Assembly: GCA_015680685.1 (NCBI GenBank)
Contig: MNCI01002119.1
Span: 400,923 to 464,922, forward strand
Direction of reading: 5' to 3'
DNA: 64,000 bases
Origin: Gnetum montanum
Taxonomy: Eukaryota; Plantae; Gnetophyta
Below are positions 12,801 through 26,174 of this stretch, piece by piece. Within the stretch, counting starts at the first letter, position 1. The number at the start of each line of letters is the position of its first letter. Position numbers and translations under genes: made by a program. The notes under the pieces were generated by a model. It saw only the letters and a list, made by a program, of their open reading frames with translations, was not told the DNA's origin and ran no database searches.

Positions 12801-14572
12801 CTAGTCGGGTAGGTTTTAAACTCACCTCCAAATTGTCCTATTACACCGGCGCGCACATTCCTAGTAGAGAAAAACTCCTGCAAGGTTGTCTGTGCCAACG
12901 CCAAGGCATCTGTATCACCATGAAGACCATTCCTATCAATATAAAACCTAGTAATACACACAAAAATATATATACTATTAACACCTCTGTCTAGCATAAC
13001 ATGGATTATATAACACATTGAGATACCTTCACAGAACTCACCCACTGGCATTGTAAACGATCCTAGTTGGGTTCTGAAAATAGGTGTCCATGTGATGGGC
13101 AACGAATAACATGTTGTATAAGTGATAGCATTTATACTCAAGCATGTCCCAGATCCAACTTAAGCACCTCAAACCTTTTGGGTGTTGGTTGGAACCTTCT
13201 ACACCCTCGCCTCCAATTGACCCATTAGTCAAAATTTTCATAATGCCTCGGTTTGCCCCAGGAAACAATGTTTATGTAATGGAAGCTACTATCTCAGCTG
13301 ACAAGTGTGACCACACAATCACACTAAAGTAGCAAAGGAGGAACTGTAAGAAGTCCTATGCGTCATCCCAGAACCAAACCGCCTACCGCCCCACATGTTC
13401 ATGGGGTGAGGGGACATTGGCCACTAGTTCACTGAGGCAGTACAAGACTCTTATAACCTCAAGGACAATCAGGACAAGCTTCCATATGACTCTACACAAT
13501 AGAGCATCAAATGTTAGCACTATGTTCGAGTGAAGTTTACACATAACATAGCATAATCATCTGTTTACATATAGCGTAGCATAACCCTTTCTTTACATGT
13601 AGCATAGCATGATCTTCTAGTTGCAAATTTCTCTCTAACATAAAACAGGGTTAAACATTATAGATAATATAAAAAAGTGGCACTTGCAGCATAGTGTAGC
13701 CATCAAGCCTTGCATAGTGTAACAACACTGGGTGCACCTAATGATAATAATTATGCAACATGCAGTACAACATAACAGGTACGCAGTGTAATAGTTACAC
13801 TCATGCTTAAGGGAACGACTGCAATACGCACAGTGTAGCAAGATAGCAAACGAACAAGCATGGGTAAACATGTGACAATATAACAAACATACCAATATAA
13901 TAGGCATGGCGATGTAACAAACTTGACAATAAAATAAATTTAACAATATAACAATAGGTTCAATAGCGTAGCAATGAGACATGACCAATATAGCGGCCTA
14001 AAGGCCTTATATCACAATGGCATAGCAAAATGAAAAAAAATTTGTAGCCTCAAACAGAATAGATGAGGAAGAATTCATAGTGTCCCCATTGTCACAACCC
14101 TATCTTACCACATGAAATAACTCACGCCATGCTACGCTAAACATGCATCATGCTATCGTAAAAAATCTTGTAGATAGCAAAATCCTTTTGAGGGCGGTAC
14201 ACTATGCCAAGCATGTGCTAAGCTACCGAGAACCATCCAAACCCTCTCGACAAGGCAGTTTCCATTCTTAACAATGGTGGTCAAGGTAATACTGCATGCA
14301 GCCGTAGGGTAGAATCCGTACAACCACTATAGCCAACCAGAAATAGCGATGGCGTAGTAGCCAAAATGGCAACCAAAATAGTGCAATACATGCAGATTTC
14401 CTCACAATAATGATAACCATAATCTGGAAAATGAGGGTAGTGTAGCAACTTACCAAGCTGATGGAGTCTCTTCTCACACCTTAATGTGTGCCTTGGACAA
14501 GCATCCTAGAGAGTCCTTCACCTCGTCTACCTTGGCAAGTCCTCGATACTTGTGTTCACCTTTGGGTGCCAT
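9864..14572 (-). pseudogene. Antisense multi-exon accessory gene of element B (FCP1/NIF-like domain, PMD-like domain, acidic region, coiled coil)
   Basis: MAPK start at 14572, TATA ~14705-14712, GT-AG introns at positions matching F and G, peptides homologous to 38675-42096 and 61640-64000. Confidence 0.75.
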
Positions 14573-14703
14573 TGTCTCGCTCGCAAATTCTGTCAATTGC
14601 TATGCTACACTAATTCGCTCTCTCTCTATATGATTTCGCTATGCTCTGAGTATGGGCTTTGAGCTCTAACAATGAAAATGACAAGTTTACTAGGGGGTAA
14701 ACC

Positions 14704-14713
14704 CCTATTTATA
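14704..14713 (-). promoter_or_regulatory. TATA box of the antisense gene in B
   Basis: CTATAAATAG on minus strand ~130 bp upstream of the MAPK ATG; equivalents at ~37657 (F) and ~60854 (G). Confidence 0.6.
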
Positions 14714-14857
14714 GTTAACGTGGTAAAACACTTGCTATTTTCATGTCACGATGAATGTGGGATACCCCTTATAGTGTATCATTATTGTGTCATAGTCCCA
14801 CTATAGCATAGCGATTGTCTATAGCATAACAGATGGGCCCACCAAAAATTTTATCTC

Positions 14858-15090
14858 ATCTTAAACTAGCAATCTATCTTTACAAAGTTTACCTATTAGC
14901 AGTTCGCAAAGACCTTAAACTAGTGATCTTGGCTTTCAAAATCTACCCATTAGCCATCTGAAAATACCTTAAACTAGCAATTTTGGCTTTCAATTCTACC
15001 TAGTAACGGTCTGCTACAGCCTTAAACTGGCAATTTTAGCACTCATTTCTGGCCTTGATACGATCCACTAAGACCTTAAACTGGCAACTT
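14858..15090 (+). repeat. Cluster of CCTTAAACTRGC motifs upstream of RT in B
   Basis: Five copies spaced about 55 bp apart. Confidence 0.75.
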
Positions 15091-15226
15091 TAACTTGCAA
15101 ACTTTACATAGTAATTTATGATTATCTTATGTTGTATTATTACTTTACAAACATTCATTACAAGCTGTTGCTACAAACAGGTATCACTTGATTTGGCTTT
15201 TTCTTATTGTGGCAGGTTTAACAAAA

Positions 15227-18200
15227 ATGGCCATGCACGATGATCTACATTCGCTTTTAACCTTGATAGGCCCTCATGGAAAGCTTACGAGATACCTAAA
15301 CTCAAAATCAATAGACTGGGAATCATCTACTGATAACACCATAGCATCCCTAGAAACATCCCTAGATTGGCCCAAACATCTGGTCCAAACCTTAGACTTA
15401 GAGGCCAGGGATGTGACCGAGGACCCTCTCATCAAAACACCTGTAACTACATCTAGGGGGAAAATAAATACATTAAAACTCAGTTCCCTCCTAGACCCAC
15501 AAATGAAAAAGGACATATCTAAGGTTCTCCAAGATAATATCAAAGTTTTTGCATGGTCCTATGATGATATGCTAGGTCTAGAACCGCAACTCATACAACA
15601 TAACATAGTCCTAGACCTGCATATCAAGGAAATCAAGAAAAAGGCTCATAAAGTCAAACTAGAAATCGCACTAGTTTTACGCGATGAAATCACCAAACTA
15701 TATCAAGCTGGTTTCATTTGCATGGTCGATTACTCGAAGTGGGTGTCAAATATCGTTGTGGTATCTAAGAAATTGGGAGGTGTACAAATTTGTATAGACT
15801 TTCGAGATTTGAACAAAGCAATGATCAAAGATGACTTCCCATTACCAAGTATTGATCAACTTATTGATACTACAACTGGTCATGCTTTACTGTCCTTTAT
15901 GGATGGGTTCTCATGTTACAATCAAATCCACATCAATCTAGAGCATTAGTTAACAACTACCTTCATGACCCCATGGGAAACCTTCTATTACACCATGTTA
16001 CCTTTTGGTCTCAAAAATGCTAGAGCAACCTATCAATGAGCCATGACGTACATATTTAGTGACTACCTCTTAGAGAGACTAAATGATTATGTGGATGACA
16101 TAGCAGTCAAGTCTAAGGGACGTATTGATCATCCCAATGATCTAGATGTAGTCCTCAAGCATTATCACAGGCATGACATGCATCTCAATCCAAAGAAATG
16201 TGTTTTCAGAGTTAAAATTGGATGCATGCTAGGGTTTGTAGTATCAGAAGCTGGAATACGAGTGGACCCTGACAAAGTTAAGGCCATCATTAACCTAGCA
16301 CCCCCTACCAACCTTAAAGAATTGTGTGGGTTGTAAGGTAGAATACAGTTTATCATAAGGTTTATAGCAAGGCTGACCGACAAGTTACACCCCATGCAAC
16401 ACTTGCTAAAGAAGGGGATCAACTTCGAGTGGATAGCATAGTGTCAACAAGCCTTCAATGATTTAAAGAAAGAGCTTTTGCACCTATCAACTGTTTACCC
16501 ACCACAGAGGGATAAGCCTTTTTACATCTACCTTGCCACCTCAGACACATCTATTGTAGCATTGTTATGTCAGAGGAGAGATGACTTCTCTAAAATCCCA
16601 TTTTATTACCTAATCCATGCACTGATAGCTTATGAGATGAAGTACAACAAAGTCAAAAGAAATTATGTTGCCCTATTATTTTCACTAAAAAAATGGAGAT
16701 ATTACTTGTTCCGTAGCAAGGTCAACATCATATGCAAGAGCAATGTACTTCAGGCTATCACAAACAATTTATATGAAAATAGCAGGATAGCTCGATGGAA
16801 AGCTATAATAGTGGAATTCAACTTATACTATGTAGCCCAATCATCTACAATGGGACAAGAAATCGCTACACAGCTCACAACCTCACCCATCGATGATCAG
16901 GCAACTATAGAGTAGGAGTTCCTCGATGAACATGTTAATAGCATCAACCCCGTGGCATTACACTTCAAATCCACTTTGCATTTCGACGGTACCTCAACTA
17001 CATGAGGTGGTAGTGCTGCTGCCATCATTACACTCCCCTCTAGGGATATTCAACCTTTTGTGTACCATTTTACATTCCTTTGTACAACCAATGTAGCTGA
17101 GTATGAAGGACTCCTTAGGGGCCTTTTAGCAGCCCAAGAATTAAAGATCCAACATTTGACAGTTCGAGGCAATTCCCAACTCATCATCAACTAGATCACC
17201 AAAATCTATGCCTGTAAAGCTTCACATTTATAGCCTTATTGTGACTTGAATAAGATTTTGTTGAAATAGTTTACAACAATAGACATCCAACACATGCCAT
17301 GCAACAAGAACACTATAGCAAATGCTTTAGCCACACTAGCATTAAATGTGCCACCACACTTGTTCATAACTTTACCTACCTTGATAATGGAGTGCACAGA
17401 CCCTATCACTCAAGTGGTACACATCACCTTTGTAAGTGCTACTGATGCCCAAGAGTGGTATGCTAACGTTAAAGCATATCTTCAACATAGTGAACCCCTA
17501 CATGGCTTGACATCTACTCAAAAGGATGTGATCCGAAAGCGAGCCCAGTAGTATGTCCTTATAGGAGAAAATACCTTATGCAAACACTCCTTTGATGGGA
17601 TATTGCTAACTTTTGTTGGTGGGGAAGAAGCACAGAAAATCATTAACGAAGTCCATGAAGGACTATGTGGAGGACACATAGCTCCCAGGGCTATGGTAGC
17701 AAAAATCAGACACCTAGGATATTACTGGCCTTTCATGGAACAAGATTGCCTTACCAAAGTTAGGACATGTGATACATGCCAACTTCATGCAAGTCTTATT
17801 CATGTCTCACCTACTGAGTCACATCCTACGCATATCACGTGGCCATTCCAGTGATGGGGACTAGATATCATAGGACCTATCACACCTAAGTCTTCCACAG
17901 GAAATAGCTTCATCAACACTACCACCGAGTAATTTACAAAGTGGGTGGAGGTCATCCCCCTTAGGAAGACTACATCTTAACAAGTTTACCACTTTATCTT
18001 GGATAACATAGTAACAAGGTTTGGTTTTCCCATGACTATTATGACAGACAATAGACCATAATTTAGTAGTGTGGAAACCAAAACCTTTTGTGACAACCTT
18101 CACATCAAGCACTCATTTTCATCTCCATACTACCCATAGGAAAATGGTCAGGCGGAGGCAACAAACAAGGCCATCATCAACTTGCCTAAAAGGATGCTTA

Positions 18201-18415
18201 GCAGTAGCAAGAGGTGATGGAACGAACAAATCCTCTATGTGTTATTGGCTTACTGCACGACATGTAGGACAGCTATAGGTAAAACTCCTTACAAACTTGT
18301 TTATGGATCTAAAGCAATGCTACCTCTCGAACTACAAGTACCATCACTTCGGATGATCCTATCAAGCATTTTGGAAAAAGCCCAGAACAACGGGTCAAGA
18401 ATCATTGACCTCGAC
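15227..18415 (+). pseudogene. pol: Degenerate pol of element B, 5' part (RT-RH-aRH-INT), interrupted by element C
   Basis: VFAWSYDDM, CIDFRDLNKA, FMDGFS, LNDYVDDI, EYEGLL, VHEGLCGGH..CDTC. Confidence 0.93.
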
Positions 18416-19435
18416 TATAGCAATAGAAAACGTTGATGGCTGGAAACACCTAGAGGTCTTCGAGTGCATAGCCTAACCTCGAATCCATGCAAGGACCATG
18501 TTGGAGAAAATGGATTCAGGATGCCCTGAACATTCTGGTCAATCAGACATGGACATAACCAATGTATAATAACCCTTTTGCGAATAATAATTTTAAATGG
18601 AACACCTGGTGGTAAAATAAAAGAAAACGTAATGTGCACAGTAATAGAAACATGCTAAAGTGCGTAATAGGACAATGGACATGATTGAACGTTTGACAAT
18701 GCCAAAAAAATAAATTTTGTAATTAGATAGAAAGAGAGTTTGAATAGAAAGATGCACCACCCCAGAAAATGGTGTTGGTGGGGAAGAAGCACAGTACAGT
18801 GTACAGTAGGCAGAGTGTGTAGGCAGAGTGTACAGTAGGCACAGTAGGACCACAATCATAGCCTCGGTGGTGTTAGGCTATGAAATCTGGTGTTCACTGT
18901 GATAAATTGTGCTTGCTGGGTCAGTAGTCGTGGTGTATTACGCAATGTTCCTCTAGGCTGTAATGGGGCTGTGGTATACTGTGTGGTGTAGTTGTGGCTC
19001 TCTTTTTATTTAGTGTGCTTTGAGTCTTGTTTGCCCATAGAGCTAGGTGCCAAGATGCCAAAATGCCAAATGTCTTGCTGGTAAAGAAATGGAAGCCTCC
19101 CCCCTTTTTTCTCCCCTATCCTTTCAAAAGAGGGCACATAGGTATTTATAGGGCTAGGGTTAGCCCAAAATGTGGATCAGGTGCCATGTGGCAATGCGGT
19201 GGGTGTTACACTGTAGCACTGGGTGTTGCAATGTAGCATTACGCTATGCACTGTAGCACCGAGTATTGCACTGTAGCGCTACACTACACTGTAGTGCTAT
19301 GCTACGCTATGGTACACTATAGCGCTATGCTATGCTACACTACATAGCATAGTAGGGTGCAAAAAGTGCCATTGTTCTAACACTTAGAGAAATCTATAGT
19401 CAAGATACTAAGACCTGAAATTTTATGGTATTTCA
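18416..19435 (-). repeat. 3' LTR of element C
   Basis: Direct repeat of ~24897-25875; PPT adjacent. Confidence 0.9.
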
Positions 19436-20589
19436 ATGGACCCTCTTTGTTGACATCTAGAGGAGTGGCCCAAAAGACATCGATAAAGAATTAAAAAACA
19501 CCACAGCAAACATGTCACCAACATCATTTGTCAACACAAGATCAGATGTCATTTTACCTTGCTCAATAGTATTATGAAAATAAGGTTATGTTAGGGGACA
19601 AGGGGTATAGGCAATGCTAGGGAGATGAAATTTAAATGGTGGGAATGAAATGCAAACAGTGGATCATGATTTAAGATGCAAATTCAGCATGGCTAATGGT
19701 GACCATGACATCAAGTAGCTTTCATTAGAGTACTCATGGAAGGGTCAAAGTTGATCCAAGGATGGGCCAATTGCAAAGCTGAAGTGTTGTTGATTGATTT
19801 TTTTTTATGAGGCGAACCTTCTTTGGGTTCAACTTACTACTGAATGTTAGTTGCAAGTTGGCCATCAAGAAGATAGGCCTCGTTTTGATGCATCACATTG
19901 CATCTATAGGATAGATGTTTCCTCCCAAGGATGATTCATGTTACATCTTCTTAGGCCTTTACCAAGCAACGAAGGTGCCCCAGAGGATGAATTATGTTAC
20001 ATCAACCATGGGTTCTATAGTTGATTTGAAGGGAATGTCATGTGTGTCATAGTGCATATGCATCAGAGGAGTGTGAAATCATGAGTATGGGGAGAATGAG
20101 AGGATATTGGGATGAAGAGGTGGATGTGCATAGGCTATAACAGGGATGAGGGAGATGTGCACTCTTGAGTGGCTCACCTAGTCCAATTATGCACATCAAA
20201 GCAATGTGATGACTTTCCACCACGATGAGATGCACTTTTGCATGATCACCGGCAAGCCTTCGTCCTGCAAACAAAACCCAGAGAGGACAAGAAAACCAAA
20301 AAATGTGAAATGCAAGTACAAATTCCAGATGTGAAGATGTCGCAAGTGCAAAACTATGGAGACGTTGCAAATGTGTAAAATGCTGTGAAGATGCTGCAAA
20401 TGTGTAAAATGTTATGCTAGTCACAAGTGTTCGGGAAGCCAATGAAAGTGCTAGGGTGATGATGCTGCCAGTGTTCTGAATGCCGCACTAATGGTAAGTG
20501 CTCCAAAAGAATCACCAGAATGGTGAGAGGTGATGATGCTGTGAATACTCCCAAGGAAATGGCAAGTTTTCAGATCAGATTAGCTACAT

Positions 20590-20830
20590 GCCAGTTTAAA
20601 GTCTTGGTAGTCCGTGAACCTAGTTTAAGGTCCTAGTAGACCATGATGTGCTAGTTTATAATCCTAGCAGACTATTGGATGCTAGTTTAATGTCGTACCA
20701 AATAGTGGATGTTGTGCCAGTTTAACGTCATGACCCAAGGATGAGCTATGCTAGCTTATAGTCATAGTGGACTGTCTATGCTAGTTTATAGTCATAGCGG
20801 ACTATCTATCCTAGTTTATAATCATAGCAA
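20590..20830 (-). repeat. TAAACTAGC motif array in 3' region of C
   Basis: Repeated gctagtttatagtcat units on + strand. Confidence 0.8.
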
Positions 20831-21422
20831 ATTGGTGCTTACATTGCTTGTATAAGGTGCGATGATACACACGTAGTCATGCTGTATGCCTACAAGATCC
20901 TACAAAAATCAACTAGAAAGAACACAACATCAAGCAATACCTATCATAAACATAGTTAAAATGGATGAATGAAAGGAAAGAAATGCAAAAAGTGATAGTT
21001 TTAGGCTGATTCGGGACATAGGCTAGTTAAAGGCCTTTTCGAGCCATGCGTTTTTGTAGTTTCATGTTTTATTTTTTGATGTTTGATGTTTTTAAAATGC
21101 AATGTGTAAACTAAGTTGACGAATGTGTAAACAAAACAAAATGTGTGATCTAAGTGAGTGGGCAAAATGTAAACGCATAGGCTAGTGCAATGTAAATAAA
21201 AGTAAAAAATGCATGGCAAGTGGAGGCAAAGGGTAGTCAAGCATCTAGCACATTTTTGGCCAAGGGAAAGTCTTGGTCATGTAGTTGCTTCCTAACTGGG
21301 CATGGATTAGGAAGTGTGCAAGGCTTAGGATCCTCTTGGAAGCTATTGGCTTCAACCACTCATTCAGGTGTGTTAGCCTTAGGTGTTGCATTGGTTGTTA
21401 TAGGTGTACCACCAAGAAACGC

Positions 21423-24400
21423 TTATTCTAAAACTTGTGCCATGTCTATGTTGTGGATAGTTGAAGAGGAATCATTATCACCATGGATGATAACTTGACC
21501 ACCTTTGTAATGAAGGTGGGTTTCTTGGTGGATGGGAGAGGAGATGGCCCTTAGTTGGGCTAGCCAAGGCTTGCCTAGAATCATGTTGAAACCTGGAATC
21601 TCCTCTATGACAGTGAAATCTACACTAGTGGAAAATTTCTCTCTTTCCACAAAGGCTAATTTAATTGTACCCCTGACTGTGACACATGATCTGTTGAAGG
21701 ATTTTAGACACGTGGTTTTTGTTGGCCTGATTTCATCTGCCAAGCCTAGCTTGTCGATGATGGAGTACAAGACTACATTTGTTACTACACCATCATCAAC
21801 ATGTACTCTATGGATGGTACATTGTCCAACACAAATGCTAATGGATAGTGGAGCTATAGTAACCTCCCCTCGTTTGGGGTCAACTTTGACTGCATCGTTG
21901 TGAAACACTAGAGATGTTGAACTCGATTCTTGTAGTGTAGGGGATAACATCGTTGCACGAATGGATGCCTCATTTGTAGGGATGTCCTCTATAACAGGAA
22001 TGGAGGCCAAGACTTGGGCCAATTCTTGGCTATGAGTAGATGAGGTCATGACCAGGTTGTACAAGCTCAATGTTATGTTCTTTAGCTTGAGTGCTTATTT
22101 TACCTAGGTTAATGTAGCTACAAAGTCCTTGTCATTGGCTATTGTGTTGGCTTTGAATTCCTCCGTGTAGCTTGAGAGACAGATCTCTTGGAAGGGGGAC
22201 TTTGGCTTGGTTTTCCTGGCCTACTTGGGGGTAGGGGCCCAAGCGTTTAGTTGTTGTTTACTGGTTGTTGCCTTTTCTTTGGCCATGGGGGTTACAAGGT
22301 GCTCGTTTGTCCTCTTGCATTGCCATTTGGTGGGTCTACCCGGGCTGCTAGTGGGGTCAACCCTTGAAGAAGGAGGGATCGAGATGTTGCTTAGTATTGG
22401 GCTTCGGGTAGGTAAGGGGCCAACATGTTGTGGCATCCTTATAACAAATGGTGATTTAGGTGGAGTTGTTGTATGGTCAACTTGTTGTGGCACCTTGATA
22501 ACAAAAGGTTGCTTAGCGGTTGTTGTTGCATCATGTCATTTTAACATCTTAGCAAACAGTTGCTGTGGAACTTTGACCACAAAGGATGTTGTGGGTGCTC
22601 GAGGTGACACTTTGATAACAAAGGAAGGCCTCTTACTTATGGGCGTGGAGGGGACCCTTGCCTTGCTGGGAGGCACACAGATCACAAAAGGTTGTTGCAT
22701 AGGTTTAGACTTACCACCTATGCTAATGGAATTTATGACATAGGAGGCATCATCTGTGTTGGATTGACTCACCATGTTAATCACCAGTTGACCACGTTCT
22801 ATCATTCTCTGTAGGTCATCCTGCAAAGCATGATAGTTTTCTGTACTGTGACCAGCCAATTGGTGGTAATAACATTATTGGTCCATCTTGAAGTGTTGTG
22901 GAACTGGGGGCTCGTTTGATACTGCTAAATCAGGGTTCCTTAGTAGTTCGCAGTACCTATCATGTTTTTGGCTGGTAATTGCCGATACGTGTTTCTGTTG
23001 GATTTGCCCAGCTTTCAAGAGTCACTTTAGTAGTTTAGAGGGTTTCACCAATAGTGGTGTATACTTTGAGCGGTCCATACACTGAAAGTTGGGCCTTGGG
23101 GTATCCCCTGTCAATGTAGGTGAGCTAGTGCCAGAATTGGCAATTTTGTTAGTTGGGGCCTTGGGCTACTTAGCTGTTGGGCCCTAGTTGGTTGCTTTTG
23201 TGCTTGTGGCTGCTGTTATCACTGTTCTGTTTTGCTTACAAGCATGTTGATTTCTGTAGGCCACATAGGTTGGATCATTGCTAGCTTGTGTTGCTTCCTG
23301 TATGCTTTTTTCTTGGGAAAAGGCTTGGCTAAGAGACTTTGGGGATAGATAATACAGTTTGGACTTGATGAAGTCATTTACTGCACCTTTGAAAATAGCT
23401 AGTAGGTGTGTCTCCACTAAGGGTTCATGCATTTCATTCAATGCAGCATTCCAACATTGGAGGAATTTTGGCATGGGCTCTAGAGGTCCTTGTTTAACTT
23501 GCATTAGTTGGTTGAGGGTTGCTTCAAGATTTAGGTTGTATCTAAAGCATCTCACAAACTGGCTTATGAGATCCTTCAAAGAGAAGATTGAGGCCTTGGG
23601 TAGTGCACGATACCAGTTCAAGGTCTTTCCAGTGAGTGACATGGGGAACACGCGCATGATGGTCAAGCTTGAAGGAGTAGGCATTCAGATTGAAATGTGA
23701 CCAAGTGTGCATTGGGGTCCCCTTCTCCATTGTACTTGGTAAATTGAGGTAGTTGGGCCCCAGTTGGAAGAGTTAGGCGTGGTACTATAGGACTTATGAG
23801 ATCATCTTGATAGAATTCCATCACCTTGATGTTGTTAGAGGAGGTAGCCTTAAGTTGGTTGATCTCCTCTATCAAACTTTGGATTAGCTAGAACACCTGA
23901 TCCAAGCTTGGGGATGTGCCAACTAGTTGCATTGGCTAGGCTTGGGTTGGTTGCATAGCATAGGGTAGAATTTTTGGTTGTGGAGTTTTCCAATTTAATG
24001 TCATAGTGGATGGGTGTTGCCAATTTAATGTTGTAGCAGACGATTGCTAATGTAATGGCTGAGTGATGGATGCGGTGATTAGAGTGGGCCACACATAGGT
24101 GGGTTGGACGGACACCGCAGGCACCGATGAGATAGGCAGGATGTAGGATGCCTGAGTTTTTTGGAGCTTGGAGGTGGCACCTACATGAGCATAGTGCTGG
24201 GAAAATGTATTAGTTGCTTGCGAGGAAGGCTAAATTAGCATGGTTACTATCTTGGAGGGGATGGATGGACCAAATCGAGGAGGAGCTATACTAGGGAGTG
24301 GTTGTTGGAAGATAATGTGGAGGGGGCTCTTATGCTCGGAGTGGGTCTCAAACTCATCTTCCTCATTTTGTGAGGCTTCCTCATAGGTTGTCCCTACATC

Positions 24401-24679
24401 ATGCTTGTTTGCACAGATGAGTTGGGACAAGAACTAGTGGTAGGGCTCCATGAGTGGGATTATGTCAAACAAGGAGGGGTTGTACTCCTATCCATTCTGG
24501 TGGACTCATTCATAGTCCTATTTTACCTCTAAATCAAGGTAATCCATTGGTAATCTTGCTTGCATTTTGGCATAAACAAAATTGTATTATTCATGGCTTC
24601 ATGCGGCATGCTTTGGCTGGATTGTGATGTCAAATGTGTTAAACACCAATGTGAAAGGTTGATCTGGATTCAGATTCAC
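21423..24679 (-). pseudogene. gag: Degenerate gag and protease of element C
   Basis: TKYNGEGDPNAHL, LTGKTLNWY, GHSTENY knuckle, VHVDDG, FNMILGKPWL. Confidence 0.88.
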
Positions 24680-24699
24680 AAATTAGGTTGTGAGAGTTG

Positions 24700-24886
24700 C
24701 TATTTGTAGAAAATGGCTAACTCTGAAAATGGCAAAAAAATGACTAAGTCTATCAGTAGCAGGAAAATGGCTCTAAGTATAGAAATATATAGAAAATGAC
24801 TAGGTGTAACAATGTAGAAAAAAATGCTAAGTACGAAAATGCAGAAAAATGCTAAGTATGATAACTACTAAAAATGGCTAACTCTG
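24700..24886 (-). repeat. Short A-rich tandem repeats (AAAATGRCTAAST) in the 5' leader of C
   Basis: About seven imperfect copies between PBS remnant and gag start. Confidence 0.6.
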
Positions 24887-24896
24887 GCCTTCCTTC

Positions 24897-25875
24897 TAGT
24901 GACAAAAAATATCAGTGGTTGGAAACACTGAGAGGTCTTCAGGTGCACAGCCTAACCCAAAATTTGCACAAGGGTTGTGCTGGAGAAAATGGATTCAGGG
25001 TGCCCTGAATGGTCTGGTCAATCAGACAAGGTCTTAACTAGTGTATAATAACCCTTTTGCAAACAATGATTTTAAATGGAATACCTGGTGGTAAAATAAA
25101 AGAAAGCATAATGTGCACAGCAGTAGAAACGTGCTAAAGTATGTAATAGGATAGTGGACACAATTGAATGTTTGACAATGCCAAAAAAATAAATGTTGTA
25201 ATCAGACAGAAAGAGAGTTTGAATAGAAAGATGCACCACCCCAAAAAAGAGGTATAGGTATACAGAGTATACAATAGGCACAGTAGGAGCATAATCAGAA
25301 CCTCGATGATGTCAAAATGTGAAATTTGGTGCTCACTGTGATAAATTGTGCCTGCTAGGTCAGTAGTTGCGGTGTACTACGAGATGTTCCTCTAGGCTGC
25401 AATGGGGCTACGGTGTACCATGCGGTGTAGTTGTGCCTCTTTATCGATGTAGTGTGCTTTGGGTCTTGTTTGCCCATGGAGCTAGGTGCCAAGATGCCAA
25501 AATGCCAATGTCTTGTTGGTGAAGAAATGGAAGCCTTCCCCCTTTTTTCTCCCCTTTCCTTTCAAAAGAGGACACAAAGGTATTTATAGGGCTAGGGTTA
25601 GCCCAAAATGTAGATCAAGTGCCATGTGGCAGTGCGGTGGGTGTTACACTATAGCACTACATTGCACTGTAGCACTGGGTGTTACACTGTAGTGCTATGC
25701 TACGCACTGTAGCGCTACGCTACGCATTGTAGCACCGAGTATTGTACTATAGAACTATGCTACACGGTATAGCGCTACGCTACATAGTGTAGCAAGGTGT
25801 AGAAAGTGCCATCATTTTGACACTTAGAAAAATCTGCAGTCGAGATGTCGAGACCCAAAATTCTGTGGTGTTTCA
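24897..25875 (-). repeat. 5' LTR of element C (inner terminus damaged)
   Basis: Direct repeat of 18416-19435; ends GTTTCA followed by TSD. Confidence 0.88.
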
Positions 25876-26150
25876 TCGACTCCATAGAAAAGGATCATAC
25901 CCACACACTTGGTTGTATCGAATGGTACCAAGATAGGTAGCGACAAAAGCATCATTCCAGTCTACATCAATGGCCAATCAAAAAAGGGAACCTAGTTCTC
26001 AAAGTTGTAAACAAGTTCTCAGCAAACTGGGAAGGTTCATTCATAGTTACAAAAGCCTATGAAAATGGAGCCTTCAAACTAGCAGACATGGATGGCAAAG
26101 AGTTTGCAAATCCCATGAACCACTTATACCTCAATCCATACTACGTTTGA
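25876..26150 (+). pseudogene. pol: Integrase C-terminus of element B (continues from 18415)
   Basis: DSIEK..NWEGSFIVTKAYENGAFKLADMDG..YYV*, homologous to the end of A pol. Confidence 0.9.
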
Positions 26151-26174
26151 TGCAAAAGCGAGGTAAGCACAGAT

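Larger units (their letters stand above)
18416..25875 (-). mobile_element. Element C: complete 7.46 kb non-autonomous LTR element encoding only Gag and protease (TR-GAG-like), TSD TCGAC
   Basis: Two homologous LTRs, TCGAC at 18411-18415 and 25876-25880, PPT ~19441-19449, PBS remnant ~24888-24901, no RT/RH/INT. Confidence 0.9.
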
